A DNA stretch of 46,614 nucleotides from an uncultured Nitrospirales bacterium (GTDB lineage: Bacteria > Hydrogenedentota > Hydrogenedentia > Hydrogenedentales > GCA-2746185). The notes beneath the pieces are model-generated. The model saw nothing but the letters and a program-made list of their open reading frames with translations. It was not told the origin of the DNA and ran no database searches. Made by a program: the position numbers and the translations under genes. Where the stretch lies: positions 1 through 46,614 of the forward strand of contig CAYNZS010000002.1 of the NCBI GenBank assembly GCA_964401695.1, in the 5' to 3' direction. Of this stretch, positions 1 to 9,856 are shown one piece after another; position 1 is the stretch's first letter; each line of letters starts with the position of its first letter.

Positions 1-138
1 CTCTCTAGAACAACGAGAGGAACACCGTGTTGCACTTAAGAGCTTGAATCCAGGCCCAAAGCCGTCAACTCCAAGGTCAGACGCGAGGCCGCGATTGAAT
101 TTTTTCGGCGGGGTTGCGTCCATTACGCAGGCCTACAC

Positions 139-2244
139 ATGAACAGCGCGTTTGGCGCTTATGGAGGCATAGCCATGAGACTCTATAGCCCCGCTGCCAT
201 CGTTTTAGTAACGAGTTTGGCTCTGGCCGTCTCTCCGGCCGTCTTCGGTCAAGAGGCCCCGGCCCACGGGCGGGTGAGCTTCGCCGACGCCAGCGCCCTC
301 GTCAAGGGCGACTCGGAGGCGGAGTGGAGTTTTGCCACTCAAAATAGCCTCGTCTTGCCTGGCGACACGATTTGGGCAGTCGATTCGGGTGTCGTGGAAC
401 TGGAATTCTCAGGCGGCGCCATCGTGCGCATGGCGGATGGCAGCAAGTTGGACGTAACGTCCGCTCCTCCCGCCGCCGCTTTCCGCGGATGGAACGGGTC
501 ATTCTATATTCAGCGCATGATCCGCGGCGCCGGTACCGTCCAGTTCGAATCGCCCGTGGCCTCGATCAGCGTCGATATCGATTCGCAAGTGCGTGTAGAC
601 GTGCTCTCGGAGGGCTCGACCACCGTCACCGTCCGGTGGGGCCGCGCGGTAATAGACGCCGGCGGCGCCAAGACCGTCGTGGTCACCCAAGGCAAACGCA
701 GCTACATCGATCCTGGCTTCGCCCCCTCGACGCCGCTCCCCTTCGACCGAAATATCGAGGACGACTTCGACACTTGGAATCGCGAGCGAGCCCGGCTGTT
801 GGCGCTGGGGACCGAACGCAACCCAATCGTTTCCACTAGCTCGCAGACCGCGCCCATTGGCGCGGCGGATTTGAATGCCTACGGCGAATGGGTTTACGTC
901 GACAACGATTACTATTGGCGTCCGACCTATGTGGACGATTACGTGCCGTACCGGAACGGATGCTGGAACTATGTCCCGAGTTACGGACACGTCTGGGTCG
1001 GAAACTATCCCTTCTCCTACACCACAAGCCACTATGGCTATTGGGACTATCACTCCACCTACGGATACATTTGGAGCTATGACGGCTACTGGTCGCCCGC
1101 CCATGTCGCCGCGTTGCGCTATGGCGACCACTTTGTCTGGTCTCCCATCAATCGTTACGGGAACACTCTCCACCACGGCAGCGATTATTGGAGCGTCGGC
1201 GGGCTGAACTTCAGCACGCACGGAACCAGCTACGCCTACGCGCACGATGTGCTGGGCGGTCCGCACCAAGTCTACGGATATGACCACGGCAGCATCGGCA
1301 ATGTCTACGCCGACGACATCTACGTCTGGAATATCGATATCGGCACGGGGCATGGCGGCAACCGTCCGAACCCCTACCGAGATACGAATTTGCGCGTGCG
1401 AGACTACGAGCCACGGCGCGTCATGCGCGGCCCCTCAAGCGCCGGACAACGCGGAATCTCGGCCCGCGCCCAGATCGCCAGCCTGCAATCCACGCAGTCC
1501 CGCGACCGTTTTCACGCCCGGGGCTCCTCCGCTTCGAGTAACCGAAGCTCCGCTAGAACGCCGAACGCGGCGCTGGATCGAACCGCTCGCGTGCGTTCCA
1601 CGCGTGTCAACCCCTCGGCGATCTCGACTTCACGCAACACCGCTCAACGCGCGGCGCGAAGCTCCCACGAGACATCCCGCCTCGTCATGCGGCGCTCGGG
1701 AGTTTCCGCCGGAACCGCAACAGCTTCGACGAACGATGGGGTGCGGTCAAATCCGACAATCCGGGCGGCTCGCGCCAGGGGCCAGATCTCTTCGGCTTCG
1801 CGAACGATCACGATCGCTAATGTGGCCGGCGTCAGTCTGAACCGAACGCGCCGGAGCCGTGCGCCCGAAACACCGTCGTGTTCGACAGCCGCTACGCAGA
1901 GCCGCTCGCGCATCGCGCCAACCACGCGAACGCAGGCGCCCCGGTCGTCGGTAGGGTCGTCGCGGGTTTCATTAAGATCGAGCGGTCTGTCGAACCGATC
2001 GACACCGGCTTCCTCGAGTTCACGGAGTTCTAACATTAGCCGGAGTTCCTCGAGCAGCCGCTCCATATCGACCCCTTTGCGGACGCCATCGCGCAGCTCC
2101 GCCTCCTCATCCCGCTCAAGCGCCCCCAGAGCTACACCGCGCGCTTCGTCGCCAAGAGGCGGCGCCTCCTGGTCAGGCGGGGCGTCCTCCTCACGCGGAT
2201 CGTCGTTGCCACGGGGCGTGTCTCGATCGTCGCGCACCCGATAG
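139..2244 (+). CDS. secreted FecR-domain-like protein with an aromatic YGxW-type repeat core and a long Ser/Arg-rich low-complexity tail
   Basis: Signal-like N-terminus (MRLYSPAAIVLVTSLALAVSPAVFG). FecR-like segment (VSFADASALVKGD...LPGDTIWAV..GVVELEFSGGAIVRMADGSKLDV). Tyr/Trp/Gly repeats (YGEWVYV, YGHVWVG, YGYWDY, YGYIWSY, DGYWSP). The last ~280 aa are S/R/T low complexity. TAG stop lies 18 nt before the next same-strand gene. The 3' extent is uncertain because the antisense frame is also open. Alternative start at 175. Confidence 0.55.
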   Translation: MNSAFGAYGGIAMRLYSPAAIVLVTSLALAVSPAVFGQEAPAHGRVSFADASALVKGDSEAEWSFATQNSLVLPGDTIWAVDSGVVELEFSGGAIVRMADGSKLDVTSAPPAAAFRGWNGSFYIQRMIRGAGTVQFESPVASISVDIDSQVRVDVLSEGSTTVTVRWGRAVIDAGGAKTVVVTQGKRSYIDPGFAPSTPLPFDRNIEDDFDTWNRERARLLALGTERNPIVSTSSQTAPIGAADLNAYGEWVYVDNDYYWRPTYVDDYVPYRNGCWNYVPSYGHVWVGNYPFSYTTSHYGYWDYHSTYGYIWSYDGYWSPAHVAALRYGDHFVWSPINRYGNTLHHGSDYWSVGGLNFSTHGTSYAYAHDVLGGPHQVYGYDHGSIGNVYADDIYVWNIDIGTGHGGNRPNPYRDTNLRVRDYEPRRVMRGPSSAGQRGISARAQIASLQSTQSRDRFHARGSSASSNRSSARTPNAALDRTARVRSTRVNPSAISTSRNTAQRAARSSHETSRLVMRRSGVSAGTATASTNDGVRSNPTIRAARARGQISSASRTITIANVAGVSLNRTRRSRAPETPSCSTAATQSRSRIAPTTRTQAPRSSVGSSRVSLRSSGLSNRSTPASSSSRSSNISRSSSSSRSISTPLRTPSRSSASSSRSSAPRATPRASSPRGGASWSGGASSSRGSSLPRGVSRSSRTR

Positions 2245-2262
2245 TCTAGAAAGGGATTCCTC

Positions 2263-3165
2263 ATGCTCTCGTTCACACATCGCTCGAACTGCGCCTCGAC
2301 GGTAAGATGGCCGGGACGCAGCGCCACTGTCGGTATGGTCTTGACGGTTGCCGCGGCTGTACTCGCTGGCTGCCCGCCCCCCACCGGCGGACTCTCCGAA
2401 TTCGACCGTGGCTACGACGACGGTTTCGCCGAAGACGAACGCTACTTCGAGGGCTACGACGATAGCTGGCTCACCGAAGGCATGGGCCCAATCCGCTACT
2501 CGGGCGCGGACATTCCATTCATCGACGACGAGACCTACCTGGCCGGTTTCTGGGACGGTGTATATATCGCCTACAACGATGGCTACTTTGTCGCCTACCG
2601 CAACGCGTTCATCATTGGGTTCAGCGAAGGCTACGACAACGCCTACTGGGACGACTTCCTGACCTTTCTCGCAAACGACTTCCACACCGAATATCTCCAC
2701 GGCGGATTCAGTGATGCCTATAACGACGGATTTTCCGAAGGCCGGGTGTACGGCGCTTTCGATTTCGAGGCGGGTCTGCCTTTCGACTGGGAAGATGCGT
2801 TCCTGGACTGGGAAGACCTCGAAGACGGCGTGGTCGACCTCTATTTCGAGGAGATAGACATAGGGACAGGTGAATTTGGGGACGTTCTCCTCTACGAATA
2901 TAATACCGACCCGAATACCTTCAAGTCCGGAGAATGCGCCAGAACGTGTTCGAAGAGCGGGTTCGCGACGTTGCGGTCGGTTCCCAAACAAGCGCTTGGC
3001 TTCGAGAGGCCCTTGGGCGAGGCCAGGGAAAACGAATTGTCCGTCACGCCAACGACCTCCGAACGAAACGAGCGGCCTCTGCGCCTCGACACCACGTGGC
3101 TCGAGCGTATTCAGGCAGGGAGCGCGCTGGAGAAATCGGATTACGTTTCGCCGAGAATTCGCTAA
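2263..3165 (+). CDS. lipoprotein, acidic and aromatic-rich, with repeated G-[YF]-[DN]-[DN]-[GA]-[YF]-like motifs; function unknown
   Basis: Charged n-region, hydrophobic stretch and lipobox (RWPGRSATVGMVLTVAAAVLAG|C). Repeats RGYDDGF, EGYDDSW, YNDGYF, EGYDNAY, YNDGFSEG. Alternative start ATG 2335. Confidence 0.6.
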   Translation: MLSFTHRSNCASTVRWPGRSATVGMVLTVAAAVLAGCPPPTGGLSEFDRGYDDGFAEDERYFEGYDDSWLTEGMGPIRYSGADIPFIDDETYLAGFWDGVYIAYNDGYFVAYRNAFIIGFSEGYDNAYWDDFLTFLANDFHTEYLHGGFSDAYNDGFSEGRVYGAFDFEAGLPFDWEDAFLDWEDLEDGVVDLYFEEIDIGTGEFGDVLLYEYNTDPNTFKSGECARTCSKSGFATLRSVPKQALGFERPLGEARENELSVTPTTSERNERPLRLDTTWLERIQAGSALEKSDYVSPRIR

Positions 3166-3223
3166 GATAGGTTTCGCGACCGCCGAAAACATCATCGTGA
3201 AGACCCCCAACAAGGGGCGTTCT

Positions 3224-3733
3224 CTACTCTGAATCGGGGACTTCTCTCAGGGCGTCGAATAGGCGTTCTTCGCCGCCGCGGTAGATGAGCATGTCATCGA
3301 CTTTCATGGTTTCTTCGGGACTCATGGGCGAGAACTTTCCTTCGGCCTTGGCGTATTCGGTCCCCTGCGAATCGATAATAGCCCCCTTGGTCGAAGTCAG
3401 GCGCCGATTGGACTTGGTGACCTCGGCGACGACCGTGTATTCGCGATCCGCCGAGAGGTGTTGCAGGTACCGGAGAGTCAATTCGGCGGTGACACACATT
3501 CGGCCTGTGGCGCGAGACGCCGCCCACACCATGCATTCGTCGATAATCGCCGCGACGATTCCACCGTGGACGAGGCTGAGGTAACCGCAGTGGTGTTTGC
3601 GCGGCTTCAGCGAGGCGCGGACCGAATCGCCCTCGATGTAGAACCGCGTTTGGAGTCCGGCCTGGTTATCCTCGCCACAGACGAAGCAGAAGTCGGAATT
3701 TGGCAGGTACGCTTTCGGCGATGTCGTGCTCAT
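3224..3733 (-). CDS. PaaI-family hotdog-fold thioesterase
   Basis: 169 aa. The pattern CFVCGEDN...GLQTRF...GYLSLVHGGIVAAIIDECMVWA is typical of PaaI/phenylacetic-acid-degradation-type thioesterases. TAG stop. Confidence 0.8.
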   Translation of the reverse strand: MSTTSPKAYLPNSDFCFVCGEDNQAGLQTRFYIEGDSVRASLKPRKHHCGYLSLVHGGIVAAIIDECMVWAASRATGRMCVTAELTLRYLQHLSADREYTVVAEVTKSNRRLTSTKGAIIDSQGTEYAKAEGKFSPMSPEETMKVDDMLIYRGGEERLFDALREVPDSE

Positions 3734-4112
3734 ATGGGTCCTCGAAGAAGAGTGACATCTTCAAATGGTTTCTGGGTTGTTGTAAATCCGTTGGTTTGAT
3801 TGAATGCTGAGTAAGTCTATCGAGGAGACCATGCAACTACCCGCTCCGTCCGGAGATGCGCCACGAAAGGAGGGATACGTCTCCGCTCGCGCTTCGCTTG
3901 CGCCAGTCCTTGCTTTACTCAGTTCTTTGTGGATGATCCCATATTTCCCTATCCAAGTTCCCGCGTAGCGGGTTCTGACTCGTAATGACAATAGGGCCGG
4001 CTCTCCACTTCTGCCGGCTGCGTCTTCCAGGGAGTGGCTTGGGAAGGGTCAGAATTTCTCTATTTCCTCGCGCCTCCGCGAACATTATGGAAGATTCGGT
4101 TGCAATAACGAC

Positions 4113-5180
4113 GTGGGTGTTGTACAGTTTTCCGGTAGCGCAGCGTCGTGGACGTATTCTCGCGCAGCGTTGAATCCGCTTTCCCTGGAGCGATCCTCGC
4201 GTCCCCGAAATATCTCTCGTATAACGAAGCTTATCATTCAAATCCCCGCCTTTAACGAGAAGGAAACGCTGTCGATTTCTTTGGGTGCGCTTCCCAGGGA
4301 AGTGCCGGGCGTCGATGTGGTCGAGTGACTTGTCATTGATGACGGCAGCTCGGACGGCACGGCGGATGTGGCGCGGGAATGCGGCGCCGATTATGTGGTG
4401 AAACTTCCGCGGAACCAGGGGCTCGCGAAAGCCTTTTCGGCGGGCCTCGACGCGTGCTTGCGCCATGGCGCGGACATCATCGTGAACACGGACGCCGATA
4501 ACCAATACTGTGCGGAGGACATCCCGAAGCTTATCGAGCCGATCCTCCACGATCAGATGGAGATCGTGGTGGGCGCGCGCCCTATCTCGGAGATTAGCCA
4601 TTTCTCGTTCTCGAAAAAGTTGTTGCAGAGAATGGGGAGCTGGATTGTCCGACTCGCGAGCAAGACTACGATTCCGGACGCGCCGAGCGGGTTTCGGGCG
4701 TTCAGCCGCGAGGCGGCCATGCGGATCAATGTGTTTAGTTCGTACACGTATACGTTGGAAACGATCATCCAGGTCGGCAACAAGAACATGGCGATCACCT
4801 CGGTTCCCATCCGCACGAATCCGCCGTTGCGGCCTTCACGTTTGATGATGGGCATACCGCGCTATTTGCGAAACTCGATCTTGATCATCGTTCGGATTTT
4901 CATGACCTATCAACCGGCGCGGTTCTTTGGCATCCCAGGCGTTCTTCTGTTTGCCGGAGGCATCGCGGCTTCGTGTCCGTTTCTCTACTTCCGTTTGGTC
5001 CATGGCACTGCCCGGCACCTGCAATGGCTGACTCTGGGGGCAACACTCATCGTCCTTGCTACCTTCCTGGTCATCACTGGGTTGGTTACAGACCTCATCG
5101 CCGTGAACCGACAGCTGTTGGAAGAGGAGCGATTCCGCCTGCGGCGCATCGAATATGAACACCTGTCCCGGCGCGATTAA
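4113..5180 (+). pseudogene. family 2 glycosyltransferase (membrane-anchored type with C-terminal TM helices) interrupted by an in-frame TGA at 4326-4328
   Basis: The two listed ORFs (4113-4328 and 4368-5180) are in the same frame. Read through the stop, the translation is a continuous GT2 N-terminus: KLIIQIPAFNEKETL...[32 protein letters not shown]...NTDADNQY...PDAPSGFRAFSREAA, followed by C-terminal TM segments. The stop sits just before the conserved DDGS motif. The true start may be TTG 4170. Confidence 0.75.
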
Positions 5181-5256
5181 GGCGGGAAGAGAAGGCGGCG
5201 CCCGTTGGCAGCCGGGAGGGATAGCCGCGCTCTCGGCGCAGCGCCGGAGGTCCTAA

Positions 5257-6096
5257 TTGAACGCCGAATCCTCTTTACCCTCACCTGCCCCGGCCTGCTC
5301 GGTGAGCGTCATTATCACGACCCATAATAGGCGCGACGATTTGCGCGCGTGCCTGCTTTCTCTGCCTTGGCGGGAGATCGAGGAGGCGGAGGCGGAAGTG
5401 CTGGTCTACGACGACGGATCGACGGACGGTACGGCCGCAATGACGACCGCAGAATTCTCAGGCGCGCGGCTGTTGGTCGAGGCGAACCGAGGCTTGTGCG
5501 CCGCCCGGAATCAGGCGGTGGACAACGCGCGAGGGTTGCTACTGCTTATTATCGACGACGACGTTATTGTGCAAGAAGGTTGGATTGCGGCCATGCTGGC
5601 GAACGACGACGGCCGCACCATCTTGGGGGGCCGTACACTCGATATGGACAGCGACCGGGTGCAAGGCGTGCCGACGCGCTTTACGTTTATCGGGAAGCGG
5701 CTGCCGTGCCGGCCAGAAAAAGCGAGTGTGGGCACGGGCTGCAATCTGGGGATTCCAGCTGCTGTCTTCGAAGCCCTCGGCGGTTTCGATGAGGAACTGG
5801 ACGAGTACGGTTTCGAGGAGAGCGATTTCTGTATACGCGCGAACAGGGCGGGCTATGGCTTTCGTTATGTGGAGGCGGCCACGGTGCGGCACAAGGGTTC
5901 GTCGGTGAAACGGGGGCGAGCGATTCACACACAGGAACGCAACAGTACTTACGCCATGCTCAAGGCCTACCGGGGAAGCCTCTGGCTTCTCTGGCGTCTC
6001 GCCGCGTGGGGTTTGAAACTTCGATTCGGAGATGCGCGCCTGCTGCTCGCCGGATGGCTCGCCGCCTATCGACGCTTCGCCCGTCTCTCGAGATAG
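5257..6096 (+). CDS. family 2 glycosyltransferase
   Basis: VSVIITTHNRRDDLRACLLSL...VLVYDDGSTDGT...LLLIIDDDV is the classic GT2 (GT-A) signature. TTG start as listed; alternative GTG at 5302. Confidence 0.8.
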   Translation: MNAESSLPSPAPACSVSVIITTHNRRDDLRACLLSLPWREIEEAEAEVLVYDDGSTDGTAAMTTAEFSGARLLVEANRGLCAARNQAVDNARGLLLLIIDDDVIVQEGWIAAMLANDDGRTILGGRTLDMDSDRVQGVPTRFTFIGKRLPCRPEKASVGTGCNLGIPAAVFEALGGFDEELDEYGFEESDFCIRANRAGYGFRYVEAATVRHKGSSVKRGRAIHTQERNSTYAMLKAYRGSLWLLWRLAAWGLKLRFGDARLLLAGWLAAYRRFARLSR

Positions 6097-6103
6097 CAGG
6101 CCC

Positions 6104-7282
6104 CTACCCGCGAATAAGGCGGGTATAGACTTCCATGTGACGCGCGGCCACCGCTTCGGGTGACGCGGCGCGGCGCGCGCCTTCGGGCACTTCATTGAAT
6201 TCGTTTTCCTCGGCCTCTTGGTTCTCGAAGAATTGGATGAGTCTTTTGGATAGCGCCTCCGTGTTGTCATGGGGGACGATCCAGCGTTTGTCGTAGGCGC
6301 CCGCGTGGGGCAGTTCGCCGGCGTCGCTCACGATAAGCGGTGTGCCCAGGGCGACCGTTCGCGAGGCGGCGCCGCTCTGCGCGCTGAAATGAGTGTAGGG
6401 CAGCGCGGCAACATCGGCGGTGGCGAAAAATCGCGGCAGGCTTTCTTCGGGCACGTATTCGAGAAAACACAAAATCCGGTCCGCGATGCCAAGCTCCTCG
6501 ATCAGCGCTTCGTAGGGCGCCCAATCGCTCCACGGTTTGCCCGCAACGACCAGAGTTGCGGCGGGAATCGTTTCGCTTACTTCCTTGAACGCGCGCAACA
6601 GAGTCTCTAGCCCCTTGTAAGGGCGGATGATTCCGAAGAAGAGAATCGTCTTGCCGTCTTTTTGTATGCCAAGTTCCTTCCGCGCCAGGGCGGAATCTTC
6701 CGGGGGCAACGCGGCGGGCCGAATCGGATGGGGCACATCGAAGATCCGGTCGAGCGGGACGCCGTACACGCGTGAGAACTCCTCGAGATTGCGTCTTCCG
6801 TGCACGATGTACGCGTCTGCGAAATGGCAAAGGATCCGCGCGAGGGGGACGAACAGAGAAGCGCGCTCGTGTGGCTGCACGTTGTGCGCGGTAAGTACGA
6901 TCTTTTTGCCGCGGAGTTTCATGACGACCAAGAAAACGAAGGAAATGGGCCACAGTGGCAGGCTCCACCATTGCAGATGGAACACGGCGCAGGGCGCGGA
7001 ACCGGCGGCAAGTATCCAGCCGAGGGGATTGTAGTATTTCAGTTTGTGGGACACGTGCAGGCGCGGGCCCTTGGGCAATTGAGCCGTCGGATCGACGTCG
7101 GAAGCGGTCCCGGGAAAGAAGAGAGCGGGATACATCTTCGCATATCCAATCGCGTACACGTCGCAGAGCTCGGACAGGGCGCTCACGAGGTCGCCACAAT
7201 AACTCGAGATGCCTTGAGATTGGGGCGGAAAGGTCCCGAGCATGGCTACGGCCGGCATGGGGCCGTTGGCCTTTTCGTTCAT
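6104..7282 (-). CDS. GT-B fold glycosyltransferase (family 4/1-like)
   Basis: 392 aa. N-terminus VAMLGTFPPQSQGISSYCGDLVSAL. C-terminal part has LVVAGKP...ADVAALPY...SAQSGAASRTVALGTPLIVSD, typical of the GT4 donor-binding domain. Convergent with the GT2 gene, with only 7 nt between stop codons. Confidence 0.85.
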   Translation of the reverse strand: MNEKANGPMPAVAMLGTFPPQSQGISSYCGDLVSALSELCDVYAIGYAKMYPALFFPGTASDVDPTAQLPKGPRLHVSHKLKYYNPLGWILAAGSAPCAVFHLQWWSLPLWPISFVFLVVMKLRGKKIVLTAHNVQPHERASLFVPLARILCHFADAYIVHGRRNLEEFSRVYGVPLDRIFDVPHPIRPAALPPEDSALARKELGIQKDGKTILFFGIIRPYKGLETLLRAFKEVSETIPAATLVVAGKPWSDWAPYEALIEELGIADRILCFLEYVPEESLPRFFATADVAALPYTHFSAQSGAASRTVALGTPLIVSDAGELPHAGAYDKRWIVPHDNTEALSKRLIQFFENQEAEENEFNEVPEGARRAASPEAVAARHMEVYTRLIRG

Positions 7283-7346
7283 AACGGAAGCCGCTCAACG
7301 CTCGGCGAGGCGGCTGCTGTGGAGGTTCGCGGGCTGGATTGCCAAT

Positions 7347-8568
7347 TCACAGCGATTCCACCGGGGCGCCCATGACGGAGATTTTTCGAACGTACGCGCG
7401 CCCGGGATTCGGTCCGCTCGCTGCGATGTAGATTCGGAGCCGACGCGTGAGGACGGGATCGAATCGCGCGGTTAACGGTTCGGAAGAGCCCTCCGCGGCT
7501 TCGGGAGCGGCGGCGCTGGCGGGGGGCCAGGTGTCGTGTTCCGCGCCGGAGTCGTCTACGATCTTGGCGTAGAAATTCTTCACGCCATGGCTCGCCGAAT
7601 AGGGTCGAAGCGTGACTTCGTCGATGTAGCAATCGCGTCCGAAATCGACTTCAACCCATGCCGGGGAAAGGGCGCTCCAGTAGGACGCCATGCCTTCGCC
7701 CTGCGCTTCGTTGACCCAGGGCGCGGGGCGGGATTGCCGCTGGGTGTTCCGTCTTCCGAAAGGCGTACACGACTCCGGACGTCCGCCGCCCGAAACTCGG
7801 AGACGTTGACGCGGCTACGCTCGAAATCCCCCCTGCGTTCGCTAGAAAGGGCGACTTCGCTGCGCGAGACGCCAGGTTGCGAAGGCGTTCCCAGTACGCG
7901 TATCCGCGCCAAGAAGAGCTGGTCTTCGGCCGCGGCGCCCCCTTTGTGAACCGGAACCGAAGCTTCTCGGCAAGCTTTGGTTGAAACCGGGCGCGCAACG
8001 AAGCCGCGGGCCTGTCGTAGTCCGGGTCGGCTACGGGAGGCGCGGCAAGGGCGGTACGCGGAAAGGTGTCGACGGTTTGGCCGCGGGCCATGATCTGAAG
8101 CGAGAACTCGCTCAGTCCATAATGTTGTGAAAGAGGATACAGTATGACCTCGCTGACGTAGGCGGGCCGGTCAAGCTTGAGTTCCAACCATGACGACGGC
8201 ACCGCGCCGCTGGTCCAGTACTGGGCCTCCCCGTGAAGTCCGGACTCTTGTGGAGCCCACAGTATCTCCCGTCGGCCGTTGGACTTGGCCATCGTTGGAA
8301 CAATCACGCGATTGGCGACTTCGCCGGTATCAAGAATAGCCAAATCGACCGGGCGCTCGGACAAAACAACGGGGTCGCCACCGACGAGAGTTCCTGAAAG
8401 CGTGGACTCGGAGGCTGTGGCAGGCATGGGCGCGTCCATGTTCTGTTCGGGCTCGTCTCGGGGTTCGACGCCGCCGCAACCGGCCACGGCGCAAAGACCC
8501 AATACAGCCAATGTGAACAAGATGTTGGTGAGCGAAATTCTCATGGGCAGCGCATGTTCCAGATTCAT
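7347..8568 (-). pseudogene. lipoprotein with two discoidin (F5/8 type C)-like domains, split over three reading frames
   Basis: Lipobox MRISLTNILFTLAVLGLCAVAG|C. Domain 1 (EAQYWTSGAVPSSWLELKLDRPAYVSEVILYPLS...KLRFRFTKG) continues sensibly only in the frame of ORF 7580-7912 (AAAEDQLFLARIRVLGTP). Domain 2 (APWVNEAQGEGMASYWSALSPAWVEVDFGRDCYIDEVTLRPYS...RLRIYIAAS...VRKISVMGAP) is in the frame of ORF 7347-7691. Shift sites lie near the C5 run at 7938-7942 and the G-rich stretch at 7717-7735. Confidence 0.6.
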
Positions 8569-8575
8569 GGAAGGA

Positions 8576-9526
8576 TCAGGTCTCGGTAGCGTTAACGGAG
8601 CGGGCCATGTCAACGAGGACAGTCCAGCAGACAGATACGATTAGAACGGTCGCGGCGACGCCGCAGAAGACGGCAAGCAAAATCGGCTTACTCTGACGTC
8701 TGACCGGGGACTCGGGTAGCTCTGGCATAGATACTATATCGAACTCGGGCGTGTGATCGGCCAAGGCCAATTCGGCGTTCAGTTTCGCTTCGCGTAGCGA
8801 GATGACGACGGCCCGCTCCAGCTTGACGTCAAAACTCGTCTCCGAGCCGGCCGCATCCCCTTTCTCTTCGCTGGATTCCGCTTCTTGGAGGCGCTTCTCC
8901 GCGCGGGTGTGCGCTTTGGCGATAGCCTCGAGGGTTCTCCGCTGATTCGACCGCCGCATGCTCTCTAAGAAATCGGCTGACGCCCGCGCCCACGCGGTCG
9001 CGAGGGCTTGAGCTCTATCCGGTGAGGCTGCGGTCGCTCGGAGTTGCACTGTGGGATAGTAGTTCGCCTCGTAGACGGTCTTCAACTCGACCCGCGTGAT
9101 GGCGGCGAGGTGTCTGCGAACAGCGCCCGGCGTCATCTGTTTACCAGATTCCATGGATTGGTTGTAGGCGGCTGCGACTTTCTTTAAGACCGCGTCGGAC
9201 TGGAGGAGCAACTCCAAGTCAGGCGTGTGGAGGTCTGACGGGGTGGGGCTGTGCGTTTCGCGCTCCATTGACTGCTGCACGGAGGGTACGCTGAAAATGG
9301 GCGTGCCCGGTTCACCGGCAACTTGGAGCTTGGGAAGCTGTATTTCGGGGACGATGGCGGTTCGGAAGAGGGCAACCGCTTCGCTCTGGTAGGTCGGCGC
9401 GCCGTACAGGCTCCGGGAGGCGAAGTACGTGGATGCAGCCGCCAAGACGAGCGCCACGGGCACAGCCCACCGGTTTCTTATCAGCGCCAACGCCAACAGC
9501 CGGACTTGTGAATCAGGCGAATCCAT
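8576..9526 (-). CDS. polysaccharide chain-length determinant (Wzz/PCP-like) membrane protein
   Basis: N-terminal TM (WAVPVALVLAAASTYFA) followed by YQSEAVALF. Long helical, charged middle region. C-terminal TM (ILLAVFCGVAATVLIVSVCWTVLV). Located in the glycosyltransferase cluster. Confidence 0.6.
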   Translation of the reverse strand: MDSPDSQVRLLALALIRNRWAVPVALVLAAASTYFASRSLYGAPTYQSEAVALFRTAIVPEIQLPKLQVAGEPGTPIFSVPSVQQSMERETHSPTPSDLHTPDLELLLQSDAVLKKVAAAYNQSMESGKQMTPGAVRRHLAAITRVELKTVYEANYYPTVQLRATAASPDRAQALATAWARASADFLESMRRSNQRRTLEAIAKAHTRAEKRLQEAESSEEKGDAAGSETSFDVKLERAVVISLREAKLNAELALADHTPEFDIVSMPELPESPVRRQSKPILLAVFCGVAATVLIVSVCWTVLVDMARSVNATET

Positions 9527-9856
9527 TTAGGGGGCCCGTGGACATAATCGAAAAACTTTGCTCGCCCGGTTGTCTCACCGTCTTTCTATTGCGACGGCGG
9601 ATAAGGCCGCTCTGACGAGACCTTTCTCGTCCTTAGATCTCGACGTGAGCCGCCACGCTGTCGTTCGAAAGGCTTCGACTAAGTCTCGATATAGCAACCT
9701 TTTCCACCGTCTCGCTACGAAAACCGGTGAGATAACCGGACTGAGATTGCGCACCCCGCAAACCGCGGGTTCGTTGGAGAATAACACTGTACTTGCGCCC
9801 GTTCAAACGGGGCGAGGGAGGTCAAAAGTGGGAATAATCGCTCTCAAACAGCACTG

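Noticed and set aside
1644-2384. 246-aa antisense ORF (MRNPFLDYRV...ERLLEELRLMLELRELEEAG...) overlapping the Ser/Arg tail of gene 1.
   Set aside because: It is acidic and Arg-rich in exactly the way expected for the complement of a Ser/Arg-rich coding region. It shares wobble positions with the + frame, so it stays open automatically. Accepting it would also require a 600-bp convergent overlap or an unexplained 200-codon open extension of gene 1. It is kept as an explicit uncertainty in the findings rather than called as a gene.
4326-4328. Possibility that the in-frame TGA reflects genetic-code reassignment (TGA as Trp/Gly) or selenocysteine.
   Set aside because: TGA terminates many confident genes here: larB, larC, coaD, trpF, trpB, folB, folK, dinG, pgi and the radical SAM gene. 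Several of these are ATGA/GTGA stop-start overlaps. I see no obvious SECIS-like stem-loop directly downstream, and GT2 enzymes are not known selenoproteins.
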